Below, piece after piece: positions 28,396-37,788 of a stretch of 38,817 bases of DNA. This stretch comes from Deltaproteobacteria bacterium. GTDB taxonomy: Bacteria; Myxococcota_A; UBA9160; SMWR01. A program made the position numbers and the translations under genes. Numbering within the stretch: the first letter of the stretch is position 1; each line of letters opens with the position of its first letter. The stretch is from assembly GCA_032128375.1 (NCBI GenBank), contig JAQBGU010000173.1, forward strand, positions 1 through 38,817, given 5' to 3'. Under the pieces are notes generated by a model. It was not told the DNA's origin, did not search any database, and saw nothing but the letters and a program-made list of their open reading frames with translations.

Positions 28396-30147
28396 TCAGG
28401 ACAACCCGATTGTATCGGTGTGGATCGGGATTCGCACGCGGAAGGTCGTTCCCACGCCCAGTGACGAATCGACACTGATTTCGCCAGAATGCCGCCTGAC
28501 GATTTCGAGCGCGATGCCAAGACCGAGCCCAGTGCCCTCTCCCACCGGCTTGGTGGTAAAGAACGGATCGAAGATCCGCTCCATCACCGATTCCGGAATT
28601 CCCCCGCCATCGTCCTCGATCGTCACCGTGACACTCCCGCGTTCAGATTCCGTTCGGACCCAGATCGTTCCAAATTCGTTCAGCGCTTGTTTGGCATTGA
28701 GGATCAGATTCAGAAAGACCTGCTGCAGCTCGGGCGCGGCGCAGGAAACCAGCGGCAGCGCCCCGTAGTTCTTCTCGACTCGCGCGGTGTTGCGCAGCTG
28801 CGGTGCGGCGATCCGGAGCACGCCGTCGAGCAATCCATTGATATCAGCCAGTTCGCGCTGTCCCCTGCCTGCATGGGCGAGCCCCCTGACGTCGCGAACG
28901 ATCGCAGATGCTCGATCCACCCCCTGCAGCGACTCGTCGATCATCTCTTCGCCCTCCGCGATGACGTCTGCCATCGGTGTCGGGACGCCGCTCTTGATCA
29001 GCTCGCTACTGAGCGCATCCCAATGCTGGCGGAGCAGCCCCAAGTTCGCGCGCACGTACGCAAGAGGATTGTTGATTTCGTGTGCGATCCCCGCCGCCAA
29101 CTCGCCGACTGCAGCCAGCCGCCCCGAAACCACGAGGCTACCGCGCAGCGCTTCCAGCTCGCGAAGATCGCGCGCAACCCAGACAGTCCCAATCGACGTG
29201 CCCTCCCGATCGTGCAGCAGAGTCGATGAGACTGCGACGGGAACCACCTCTCCAGCGGCCCGCAGAATCGCGCATTTGACTTCTGTCACGTCGCCGCTTC
29301 GCGCAGAGTCGAGGCCATGGATCAACTCTTCGATCTGGACGCCCACCAGTTCGGCGGGTTCGCGTCCGAGCAGTCTGGCCATTGTCCTATTGATGGTTTG
29401 AATCCGACCGTCGAGTCGCGACATCGCGACGCCGTCCGGCAGCGTCTCCAACACCTCGTCGGCGAACGTTCCAGGTGCGAGCAGCGAATATCCGCAGCGA
29501 TGCAGGCCCCACGCGATCGTGAACCCGAACACAGAGAACGCTGCCGTTCCGAAACGCGGTGTATGCATTCCGAGGATCGTAGATAGACCATCGGTGGCAC
29601 TCGCAACCGCCAGCAAAGACGAGATTCCGGCCGCGATCCAGTGCACGGGGTCGCGTTCGCCAGCGGTGCGAAACCCGAGATATCCCAGCCACACAGATAC
29701 ACCCAGACATGCCAGGGCGAAGGCGTTGTAGACGCCGAATGCCGGGCCCATGGTGTACGCATATCCCCAAGAAGTGGGTTCGACCGAAGCGACCAGCCAC
29801 GGCGTGAACCAGTTGATCGACACGAACCCGATCGGCAAAACCGTGAGGATCGGAACGATTCGGCGCAGACGCGGCACAGGCAACCGCGTGATGTCGAGTA
29901 GCAATCGCACCGACAAGGGACCCACCCAGGCCCAACCCAGTGACGACGCCTTGACGAAGATCAACGCCGTCGCCGCATCGGGACGCGTGTTGTAGACCAC
30001 CTCGCATGCAGCCCACAGCGCACCAGAGCCCAGTATTAGCCCCGCGTTCCTGTTCGTCGACTCAGTGGGATTGCGGACAAAGACCAGGGTCGCCATCACC
30101 GAGCAGGCGACGCACGAGAAGAGCGGAATCAGCATGTACAACGACAC
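28396..30147 (-). CDS. Sensor histidine kinase (7TM input, PAS, HisKA, HATPase)
   Basis: About 7 hydrophobic helices, PAS (LPDGV...INR), H-box AHEINNPL, N-box NLILNA, DDGGGI, FDPFFTTK and GTGLGL. Confidence 0.93.
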   Translation of the reverse strand: MSLYMLIPLFSCVACSVMATLVFVRNPTESTNRNAGLILGSGALWAACEVVYNTRPDAATALIFVKASSLGWAWVGPLSVRLLLDITRLPVPRLRRIVPILTVLPIGFVSINWFTPWLVASVEPTSWGYAYTMGPAFGVYNAFALACLGVSVWLGYLGFRTAGERDPVHWIAAGISSLLAVASATDGLSTILGMHTPRFGTAAFSVFGFTIAWGLHRCGYSLLAPGTFADEVLETLPDGVAMSRLDGRIQTINRTMARLLGREPAELVGVQIEELIHGLDSARSGDVTEVKCAILRAAGEVVPVAVSSTLLHDREGTSIGTVWVARDLRELEALRGSLVVSGRLAAVGELAAGIAHEINNPLAYVRANLGLLRQHWDALSSELIKSGVPTPMADVIAEGEEMIDESLQGVDRASAIVRDVRGLAHAGRGQRELADINGLLDGVLRIAAPQLRNTARVEKNYGALPLVSCAAPELQQVFLNLILNAKQALNEFGTIWVRTESERGSVTVTIEDDGGGIPESVMERIFDPFFTTKPVGEGTGLGLGIALEIVRRHSGEISVDSSLGVGTTFRVRIPIHTDTIGLS

Positions 30148-30169
30148 GGCTGCTGTTCCGGCTCGCGCG

Positions 30170-30490
30170 TTAGTAGGTGCCCATCGTGAAGAACGTCACG
30201 GCTGCGTCGGCTGCCACCTTCAGCAACCGTGCAACCTGGCGCGCGGCCTCCTGCCGCTCGTCGCGGTCGGTGTAATTCGGGCAGCGCGAAGCGAGCCGGT
30301 CTTCGAGCAGATCGACATGCATCTGCGTCTTGTCTGCCCACTCATCGTTGCCCATCTGTTCTGCACGCACGACCATCGCTTCGTAGTGATTGATCTGGCG
30401 CAGCGATCGCGCACAGTCCGGCGGATCGGCCGCAGCTACACCGGCAAGCATGAAGGCCAGCAACGCACCCGTAGCAATTGCATAATTCAT
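30170..30490 (-). CDS. Small secreted hypothetical protein with two Cys
   Basis: Signal peptide ending AAA-D; helical mature part with two Cys. Ends 22 bp upstream of the kinase start. Confidence 0.7.
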   Translation of the reverse strand: MNYAIATGALLAFMLAGVAAADPPDCARSLRQINHYEAMVVRAEQMGNDEWADKTQMHVDLLEDRLASRCPNYTDRDERQEAARQVARLLKVAADAAVTFFTMGTY

Positions 30491-30611
30491 CGCGGATACC
30501 CCTCGTGCCGCGCTGTCCGCGGCTACCCGGCGTATCGGCCATCAGCGGGACCGGGTGAAGCCCCGAGCGCTCGAAAAATGGGACCAGCGACGCGCGAACC
30601 TGGCGGCGGCT

Positions 30612-32165
30612 TCAGAGCTGGCCAGCGATGTGGTGCGCCTCTCGGTGGGCCAGCGCCATTGCGGTCCACATTGGATTGACCGATGGGCACTGCGGGAAGA
30701 TCCCGGTATCGGCGATATAGAGATTCTCGAGATCGTGACAGCGCCCCATTTCGTTCACGACGCCGCGGCGCGGGTCGCCGTGCATGCGCGTCGTGCAGAA
30801 GGCGTGATTGCCGCCGAGCACGAAATCGGTGACCTTCATCGATCGCGTTCGCAACACCTCCGCTTCGCCTAGCGAGTGCATTTCGGGCGCGACTCCATGG
30901 ATTCCGGGAATGATCGTGTGCGCGCCCGCCGCGAAGAAAATTTCGGCCAGCACCCAAAGCGACTTGGATAGAATCGGGATGTCCTTCGGGTGCAAGTGCC
31001 AGTTCAACGCCGGGTTCAGCGTCCCGCGTTTCGCGCGCACACGCCCGAGCGAGCGATTGCAACTGGCGATCGCGTCCCAGATCGCCGAATGCGGGATGTC
31101 TGCGAGTCGCTCTTTCAGTGCCTGGCCGGAGCCCGGTAAGCGCACCGCGGTGATCGCGGCCGGTGCCCAAAGCGTTTCCAACTTGAAGCCGTCCTCGAGG
31201 AACTGACGCGACTGGTAGCCCTGGGTTGCGCCGAACTGCGGGTTCACCAGGTCGGGGAAAATCCCCATCACCGCAACGCCGGGGTGGAACTGGAGGTTCT
31301 CACCTACCTGGCCTGAACGGTTCGCAAGGTTTCCGCTCTTCTGCAGCAACACGGGTGTCGCCATGCAGCCCGCTGCCAACACCACGATCTTCGCCCGGAT
31401 CCGCACGCGATAGCTCGGTTTCCCCGTGAACGGGGCCACCACCCGCCCGACCACAGCGGAGACGCGCCGCTGATCGGCGACGATTTCGTCGATTCGAACC
31501 GACGTCAAGACACGCGCGCCGGCTCGGATCGCCGCGGGGACGTAGCTGATATCCATTGATTGCTTGGCGCGCGTCCGACAACCGGTGAAGCACTCGCCAC
31601 TGCCGCGGCAGCCCCGAACGTTTCGCGATATCGGCTCATTCGAATAGCCGAGAGCGTCGCAGCCGGCGCGAAACAACAGATTGCGCGCGCCTTGTACGTT
31701 ATCGGGTGTCGGAGATATGCCGAGAAACTTTCCGATCGCATCGTAGTGCGGGGCGAGATCGGGAAGCGCGGTGCGAGAAAGCTCGTAATCGGCACACCAT
31801 CGATCGAGCACGAAATCCGGTGCGCGATTGCAGATCGCAGAGTTGACGAGTGATCCACCGCCGAGCGCAATCGCCTGCATGGTCGGCATTGTGGTACCCG
31901 TCGTCGTACGCAACCCGCCTTCGCGCATCGTGCGGCTCATCGAAAGGCCACCGTCGATTTCGAATTCTTCGGGTACGAACGGAGGTCCCTCCTCGACCAA
32001 TGCGACCGACTTGCCGAGTTCGGCCAACTCCTTCGCAACGACCGCACCCGCCGGCCCCGAACCGACAACTACAACGTCGACTTGCTCTTCGATATCGCGG
32101 TCGTACTGAGCGAAGACGCGGACGTCTCCGATTGCCTCGACCGATCCGGGCTGTGTCTCGCTCAC
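30612..32165 (-). CDS. GMC-family flavoprotein oxidoreductase (long-chain alcohol oxidase-like)
   Basis: DVVVVGSGPAG...LVEEG FAD motif, LGGGSLVN, CRGSGECFTGC, VGENLQFHP, H(AFCTTRM) and VNP. GTG at 32165 overlaps the upstream TGA. Confidence 0.9.
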   Translation of the reverse strand: MSETQPGSVEAIGDVRVFAQYDRDIEEQVDVVVVGSGPAGAVVAKELAELGKSVALVEEGPPFVPEEFEIDGGLSMSRTMREGGLRTTTGTTMPTMQAIALGGGSLVNSAICNRAPDFVLDRWCADYELSRTALPDLAPHYDAIGKFLGISPTPDNVQGARNLLFRAGCDALGYSNEPISRNVRGCRGSGECFTGCRTRAKQSMDISYVPAAIRAGARVLTSVRIDEIVADQRRVSAVVGRVVAPFTGKPSYRVRIRAKIVVLAAGCMATPVLLQKSGNLANRSGQVGENLQFHPGVAVMGIFPDLVNPQFGATQGYQSRQFLEDGFKLETLWAPAAITAVRLPGSGQALKERLADIPHSAIWDAIASCNRSLGRVRAKRGTLNPALNWHLHPKDIPILSKSLWVLAEIFFAAGAHTIIPGIHGVAPEMHSLGEAEVLRTRSMKVTDFVLGGNHAFCTTRMHGDPRRGVVNEMGRCHDLENLYIADTGIFPQCPSVNPMWTAMALAHREAHHIAGQL

Positions 32166-32800
32166 TCGGTCGGACCGCAAAAGTCGGCGCGAATCGGCGC
32201 ATCGAGTTTCAGGGGTATCACCTCGCTGGGAGGGGTCAAGTCGGCACGCGTGAATTGGATGCTGTCGGGGTGCTGGCCGATTCTCGGATACAACAGGTCC
32301 GCCTCCACAATCGGGGTTTCGATCGCGAAGGGCGCCAGGTTCAATCCGCGAAGAACTGGAGGATGGGCGAAGAAGCCCAAGGTGAGCAGCGCACGCAAAG
32401 TCGTGAAGACGAGCCGCCGCGCGAACAGACTGCTTTCCGACCAACCGTCGAGGACCGCGACGCGCTGGTCGGCGGTCATCCCCGAAAAGCGGCGACGACC
32501 ATCCCAACCCGGTGCGGGAAAGAACAGCGTCGCGTGTTCGACCAGAAAAAGCAGCAGATGCACCAGAATTCGGATCCGGGGCACCGACGCGACCAGAAAG
32601 CGATCGAGGTAGGCCGGCAGGTCGGCGTCGACCCCCGAACTCGGGATGGCTCCGCCGGCTGGATACATGGCCTCGGCGGCGCGGGCGACGAATGCCGCTT
32701 CAGCGCGCGTCAGGGATTCGTAGCGAGTTCTGGGATAGCCGAAACCCACGCGAAATACCGCGTAGCTGACCATCGCGATGCTCAACATGCCCAATATCAT
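32162..32800 (-). CDS. Gluconate 2-dehydrogenase subunit 3-like partner protein
   Basis: AEAMYPAGG...IPS, YLDRFL, RRFSGMTADQRVAVLDGW and LGFFAHP. Translationally coupled to the GMC gene. Confidence 0.7.
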   Translation of the reverse strand: MILGMLSIAMVSYAVFRVGFGYPRTRYESLTRAEAAFVARAAEAMYPAGGAIPSSGVDADLPAYLDRFLVASVPRIRILVHLLLFLVEHATLFFPAPGWDGRRRFSGMTADQRVAVLDGWSESSLFARRLVFTTLRALLTLGFFAHPPVLRGLNLAPFAIETPIVEADLLYPRIGQHPDSIQFTRADLTPPSEVIPLKLDAPIRADFCGPTE

Positions 32801-33468
32801 CCGCTTGCAGAATACGGCACCTCAGGTTCGATCGGTAAAATGATGCATCCAATAGCGGCGGATGCATGGCCAACCATTTGGGACGCCGTGCATGCATCGC
32901 AGACCGGAAGCCACCAATGGCCGATGTCTCGCTCGGTGTGGGGTGGATGCGCCCCGATCTCAGCATGAAATCTAGAGTACACCGGAAGTACAGGACGAAG
33001 GTTCGAAGGCCGAACGGTATGTCTGTGGATACGATGGCGATCTGTGCCTGCCCTGCCGGTTTGACCGCATGGCTGAGGTGTCCGACTCAGTGCGCTGGCC
33101 TGTCGCAAGCCTCCCGCGATAGCGAAGCACGTTGTGGGCGTGCGCGGAGGTCGTGACGGTGCGATCCGGGATCCGGCCCTCCTCGTCCTGCTGAATGATC
33201 TCCGAGTCGTCCAGTACGCTGCGATCGGAATCGGATTCTCATTCGAACAGATCGTTCAGGTCATTGGCTCGCGAATCGCGTACTCATTGAGCAGGCGTAC
33301 CAGCGACCTCTACCAGAAGCTGGCACGCCGCGGACGCTTGGCTCCTCGATCGGTCGCCGGCGCGTGAGGAGCCGCAGCCCGGCGCGTACCCGGAGGCTGC
33401 TCCAGTCTTTCGAAGTCAAGGCGCGCCGACGGAGTTCCGATCTGTCGGAACATGATTGGTGTGCCACA

Positions 33469-34395
33469 ATGACACCCGACGTCTCGATCTGCATCGCGAC
33501 GTTTCGCCGTCCAAAGGGTCTGGCGCGGCTGCTCGGCAGCCTCGCGCGACAGAAGTTGCCGGACGGGCTCGAGCTCGAGATCATCGTGGTCGACAACGAT
33601 TCCGCTGGTCGCGCACGCGGGGAGGCGATCGGCGTATGTGAAATCGCCCAGCGTGTGCGCTGGTTCGTCGAACCGCGGCAAAACATTGCGCTCGCTCGCA
33701 ACCGTGCCGTCGTCGAAGCGCGTGGCAAGTGGATCGCCTTCGTCGATGACGACGAAATCACCGACCCCAACTGGCTGGCAGGATTCTGGGCCGAGGTGCA
33801 GCGGAACCAGGGCGATGCGTTCTTCGGCCCCGTGTTCCCCCGCTTCGACACTCGCGCGAGCTCATGGTTGGACTTCGAGACGCTCTACTCGCGCGCGTGG
33901 CAGTTGACCGGAGAGCCGGTCGAGATTGGCGCAGCCAGAACCAGCAACTCGCTCGTGAGGCGATCTCTGTTTGCCGACTGTCTTTTCGACCCCGCCTGGG
34001 GCCTGACGGGCGGTGAAGACGTCGAACTCTTCGACCGGATGTTCGCCGCGGGTGCGCGGCTCCGGTGGTGCGACGAAGCGATCGTCCACGAGACGATTCC
34101 CGTGCAACGCCAGCGCCTCGGCTGGCTGGCGCAGCGCGCATTCCGCGGGGGTGTGGGCTACACGCGATTGCAACGCCAACGCCGTCGCGGTGGTGCGATT
34201 CGCCGCGGCTTGCCGCGCGCCATGCTCGCCCTCTTGTACCTCTCGGTGCTGCTGCCGTTTTCGCCACTCGCGGGGCGCTCGGCCATGCTGCGGGTAGGGC
34301 TGCGAATCTGCACACAGGCCGGTCACCTCTGGGCATTCGCGGGACGTTCGTACGAGGAATATTCCGACTGGCCCACGACCCCGTCGCTCGAGTAG
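33469..34395 (+). CDS. Family 2 glycosyltransferase (ExoM-like)
   Basis: VSICIATFRRP, IIVVDND, EPRQNIALARN, AFVDDDE, TSNSL, TGGED and QRAFRGG. Confidence 0.92.
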   Translation: MTPDVSICIATFRRPKGLARLLGSLARQKLPDGLELEIIVVDNDSAGRARGEAIGVCEIAQRVRWFVEPRQNIALARNRAVVEARGKWIAFVDDDEITDPNWLAGFWAEVQRNQGDAFFGPVFPRFDTRASSWLDFETLYSRAWQLTGEPVEIGAARTSNSLVRRSLFADCLFDPAWGLTGGEDVELFDRMFAAGARLRWCDEAIVHETIPVQRQRLGWLAQRAFRGGVGYTRLQRQRRRGGAIRRGLPRAMLALLYLSVLLPFSPLAGRSAMLRVGLRICTQAGHLWAFAGRSYEEYSDWPTTPSLE

Positions 34396-34412
34396 CCGCG
34401 GCGTCTTCGAGG

Positions 34413-34718
34413 CCCTCCTCGACCAACCCCAGCGACCTGCCGAACTCAGCCAGCTCGTTCGAAACGACAGTTCCCGCGACCCCAAAACCGACGACCACGA
34501 GATTCGGGATCGCCATATCCCGTGCAAGAGGCTCGATGCAGTGCACGCCATGATCCCCACGCCATCGCCGCGCCACCAACCCTCCAATCCTGAACGCCAA
34601 GCGCTGGCCAATCGCGTAGCTGACCATCGGGGTCTCAAGCGGCCGATCGACGGTGGCGCATATGAATGCGGCAACTCCGCTCGAACCGGCGGAACGATGC
34701 ATCCAATCGCGGCGAATG
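34413..34718 (-). pseudogene. Degenerate, internally deleted copy of the 5' region of the GMC operon
   Basis: Exact blocks shared with 31987-32000, 32759-32775 and 32842-32853. Translates to MVSYA...LVVVGFGVAGTVVSNELAEFGRSLGLVEEG. Confidence 0.8.
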
Positions 34719-34827
34719 GAGAGTCAGTGCAGCCGAGGATTGCACCGGTCCCGGCTCGATCTTGCACCATGCTGGCTCCACAAGGCACTGCACGGCTTGT
34801 CGAGGCCCTGTCGGCCTACTCCAGCGT

Positions 34828-34843
34828 TGGCACGGCTCTTGCT
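34828..34843 (+). promoter_or_regulatory. sigma54 (-24/-12) promoter
   Basis: TGGCACGGCTCTTGCT matches TGGCACG-N4-TTGCW with GG-N10-GC spacing. Intergenic and oriented toward the DUF4097 gene. Confidence 0.7.
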
Positions 34844-34846
34844 GCA

Positions 34847-35005
34847 GAGAAGTCGTTGAAGAGAAGTCGTTGCAGAGAAGTCGTTGAAGAGAAGTCGTTG
34901 CAGAGAAGTCGTTGAAGAGAAGTCGTTGAAGAGAAGTCGTTGTAGGGAAGTCGTTGTCGAGAAGTCGTTGTAGGGAAGTCGTTGTCGAGAAGTCGTTGTC
35001 GAGAA
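34847..35005. repeat. Tandem array of 11 x 14-bp units, G(A/G)GAAGTCGTTGNN
   Basis: Units start at 34847 and recur every 14 bp up to 34987, with a partial GAGAA at 35001. The core GAAGTCGTTG is invariant and there are no spacers. Confidence 0.97.
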
Positions 35006-35071
35006 AAAGACAGAAGCCGTCATGGATCGGGGATTACCCCGGCTGGGCTTGGGTTAGGTCGGGGAGGAGCC

Positions 35072-35866
35072 TTGGGTCATCGCGCGCGCATGCTGGCGAC
35101 AGCCGGATCGATCGTCGCTCTGACGCTGGCGACGAGTGCCGCGGGCACGAGTTGGGTTCGCGACAGCCCCGTTTCTGCCGGCGGGACCCTGCGCATCGAT
35201 CTGGATTTCGGCTCCGTTCGAGTCGACTCGCACGTCTCTCGGATCGCTCACATCGAAGCTGAGGTGCGCGGGTTGGGTGCTAGCGCATACGTTCTCGCGC
35301 TGCGTGACGATGGGGACCGATTGACCTTGACTGGCCGAGCCGCCCCGTGGTTGAACCTTCTCACAGCCACCCCGGGCGTTGAGATCCGCGTGCTGGTACC
35401 TCCCGATTTCTCACTCGAAATCGTCACGCGCGACGGAACTGTCGATGTGTCTTCGGTCAGCGGGGCCGTTGTGCGAACCCGATCTGGCTCAGTGCGCGCG
35501 CAAGATATTCGCGGTTCCGTCGACATCGAGACGCGCGATGGCGGCGAGATCGATATTGACGGCGTCGCAGGTGCGGTCGTCGCCGTCAGCTGGAACGCGC
35601 CGATTCGAGCACGCTTCGACCAGGCTCCCTCCGGCTTGATCCACGCGCGAGGGGGTGGGATCGAGATCGCCTACCCGTCGGGTTTCGGTACGCACCTGTC
35701 CGCTTGGGCGCCCAGCGGTTGCGTATGGATCGACCGAGAAGTTCGATCCGGTTGCGGGGAGCGGATTCACCCGGTCAGCGCCCCGGTCAGCGGCGGAGGC
35801 CTTCCACTCGAGCTTAGAGCCTCGAGTGGGAACATTGTGCTCCGCACGGAACCCAACCCGCTCTGA
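35072..35866 (+). CDS. Exported DUF4097-like beta-strand-repeat protein
   Basis: TTG at 35072 after GGAGG (alternative ATG at 35090). Signal peptide, repeated T-x-x-G-x-V/I motifs, VLVP and terminal LELRASSGNIVL. Confidence 0.75.
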   Translation: MGHRARMLATAGSIVALTLATSAAGTSWVRDSPVSAGGTLRIDLDFGSVRVDSHVSRIAHIEAEVRGLGASAYVLALRDDGDRLTLTGRAAPWLNLLTATPGVEIRVLVPPDFSLEIVTRDGTVDVSSVSGAVVRTRSGSVRAQDIRGSVDIETRDGGEIDIDGVAGAVVAVSWNAPIRARFDQAPSGLIHARGGGIEIAYPSGFGTHLSAWAPSGCVWIDREVRSGCGERIHPVSAPVSGGGLPLELRASSGNIVLRTEPNPL

Positions 35867-36039
35867 ATCCAGGTGCGCTGAAGATCCGCCCAATGGCGAC
35901 CCCGCCGGCTCTCGCAGCCGGCTGTCAGGGGCCGCGATGCACGTCGCTTTCAGTGTCATTTCGGCGGATCACTCGCTGCTTCGACGGCTGTCGCGGACGG
36001 CTCTAAAGGCTGCGCGTTCTGCGTCCGATTCGGGTAGGT

Positions 36040-37788
36040 ATGTCAGCCGATCCAGTCGCTCAGGAAGCCTCGAGTCGCGGCCAGTTTTGGCGCCAGGCTG
36101 TGCTGGGTTTGGCGGTGCTAGTCGCGGTCGTGCTGCGGATCTGTGCGGTCTACAGCGTCGCGGGCAACTGGGACGAATTCGGGCTGTTCGAAACGGCATC
36201 GAAGACGGCTGAGACCGGTCTGCTGCGTTCGGGCGGCCGTCCTGGACTCGCGCAATGGCTCGTCTTGCCGCTGGTCACGAGCTGCACGGATGAAATCTCC
36301 GTAGTTCGGACCGCGCGGCTCTTCTGGGTATTGTTCACGCTGGCATACCTGGCTGGCACCGGGGTACTGCTCGCCCAGCTGCAGCCTGATCCACAACGGC
36401 GGCTCGGCGATGCGTTGTTGGGTGTCGGGTTAGTGTGCTTCGTACCCGTGTTTCTCGAGTGGTCGATCCAGGTCCGAACCGACCAGATCGCGCTGGCTGG
36501 CGGCGTCTGGGGTGGTGTCGCACTGCTCGCGTCGCGCAGATACCCGGCACTTGGAGCCGCTGCGGGCCTCCTATTCGGTCTCGGATTCCTGGCGTCTCAG
36601 AAGCTCGTCTATGTCGTTGCCGCTGTGGGTTTGCTGGCGGCTGGGCAATTGTGGTCTGCCCGCGAGCTTCGAATGCGCCGCGAAGTCGCACGCGCGTTCT
36701 TGTGCGGGGTGGGCTTCGTCGCAGCATTCTACGGATTCCACGCCGCAATCGCACACCAAGGCATCGACATCGCAGACAACGCGGCGGCCGTCAGCGGCAT
36801 CTCGGCCTCCGTGTTTCGCGACGGATTGTCGGCGTTCGATTTCTATCGTCACACGATCGGCTTTTCGCAGTACATCGCACTGGCACCCACGCTCGGGCCA
36901 CACCTGGTGCTGTTGGGAGCGCTGATCGCCGCGACGCTGGCCAGGGGCGGGCGCCGCAATGCGGGGCGCGACGTGCTCCCACTGGCCTGGGCGCTGTTGG
37001 CGCTATTCCTCGCCGTCGGCCTATTTCACGCCGCTGCCTTTGCGTACTTCTGGATGACGCTCGGCTTGTTTCCAGCCCTCGCATTTGCGATCGCACGCGG
37101 ACCGATTCAGGATCTGTTGCCGGACACCGGTTCGCTTCGAGCTGGCGCGATCGTAGCGTTCTGGGCTTGTCTGGCCGGCCCTGGTGTGGCGTCGATGACG
37201 GAGCTACTCGTCGACACCCAGTCGGTTCAACGCCAGAGTTTCGACTTCGTGCACCGCAACTTCGAATCGAGCGATGCGGGCTTCCACCCGGAGAGCGGCA
37301 TGTTCTGCCGTGGCGAAGGCCAGCCGCTCGAGCACTACTTTTCGCACAAGATCTACATGCTGTACGGTCGGCCTGAAGGGAAGTCTGACCCTGAAAACTT
37401 CATCCAACAGTTTCGCCACGCGCCGATTCGGTTTCTCGTTCAGTCGTTTCGCCTGAACCAGTTCCCGGTCGAAGTTCGCCGCTTCTGGGCCGAGAACTAC
37501 CAGCCCTACCGAGATGCTGTGTTCGTTGCCGGACGCCGCCTGACCGGCCGTGCAGGACAGAACCATGCATTCGAAGTTGTTGCAGCGGGTGCGTATCAGT
37601 GGATCCCGGATACTGGATCGCAGGAGATTTCGATCGACGGGCGCCGATTGGGTTCGGGAGAAGTCGTCAGCCTGCAAGCCGGCGACCACCAGGCAAACTT
37701 CAACCGAGACGCGTCCGGGGGAATCTTGGTACTGGCGCTGTCAGATCCTCCGGGGCCGGCGCCGAGAATGTTCTACAAGAGTTATTGA
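36040..37788 (+). CDS. Polytopic membrane protein, probable GT-C-like glycosyltransferase
   Basis: NWDEF in the first loop, QVRTD and SQK, about 12 hydrophobic segments and a soluble C-terminal domain. Confidence 0.65.
   Translation: MSADPVAQEASSRGQFWRQAVLGLAVLVAVVLRICAVYSVAGNWDEFGLFETASKTAETGLLRSGGRPGLAQWLVLPLVTSCTDEISVVRTARLFWVLFTLAYLAGTGVLLAQLQPDPQRRLGDALLGVGLVCFVPVFLEWSIQVRTDQIALAGGVWGGVALLASRRYPALGAAAGLLFGLGFLASQKLVYVVAAVGLLAAGQLWSARELRMRREVARAFLCGVGFVAAFYGFHAAIAHQGIDIADNAAAVSGISASVFRDGLSAFDFYRHTIGFSQYIALAPTLGPHLVLLGALIAATLARGGRRNAGRDVLPLAWALLALFLAVGLFHAAAFAYFWMTLGLFPALAFAIARGPIQDLLPDTGSLRAGAIVAFWACLAGPGVASMTELLVDTQSVQRQSFDFVHRNFESSDAGFHPESGMFCRGEGQPLEHYFSHKIYMLYGRPEGKSDPENFIQQFRHAPIRFLVQSFRLNQFPVEVRRFWAENYQPYRDAVFVAGRRLTGRAGQNHAFEVVAAGAYQWIPDTGSQEISIDGRRLGSGEVVSLQAGDHQANFNRDASGGILVLALSDPPGPAPRMFYKSY

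Noticed and set aside
32797..33156. Short ORFs on both strands upstream of the GMC operon
   Set aside because: No motifs or RBS; more likely divergent promoter DNA.
33758..34702. 314-aa minus-strand ORF as a real gene
   Set aside because: Only the first third is meaningful (the GMC remnant); the rest is antisense to the GT2 gene.
34413..34718. Duplicate segment as a DGR template/variable repeat
   Set aside because: Differences are not confined to adenines, there are large deletions, and no reverse transcriptase is present.
34847..35005. Repeat array as a CRISPR array or replication iterons
   Set aside because: Units are contiguous 14-mers with no unique spacers, and there is no cas or rep gene in the window.
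34724..35023. Repetitive peptides translated from the 14-bp array
   Set aside because: The unit length is not a multiple of 3 and there is no convincing start, so this is a by-product of the repeat.
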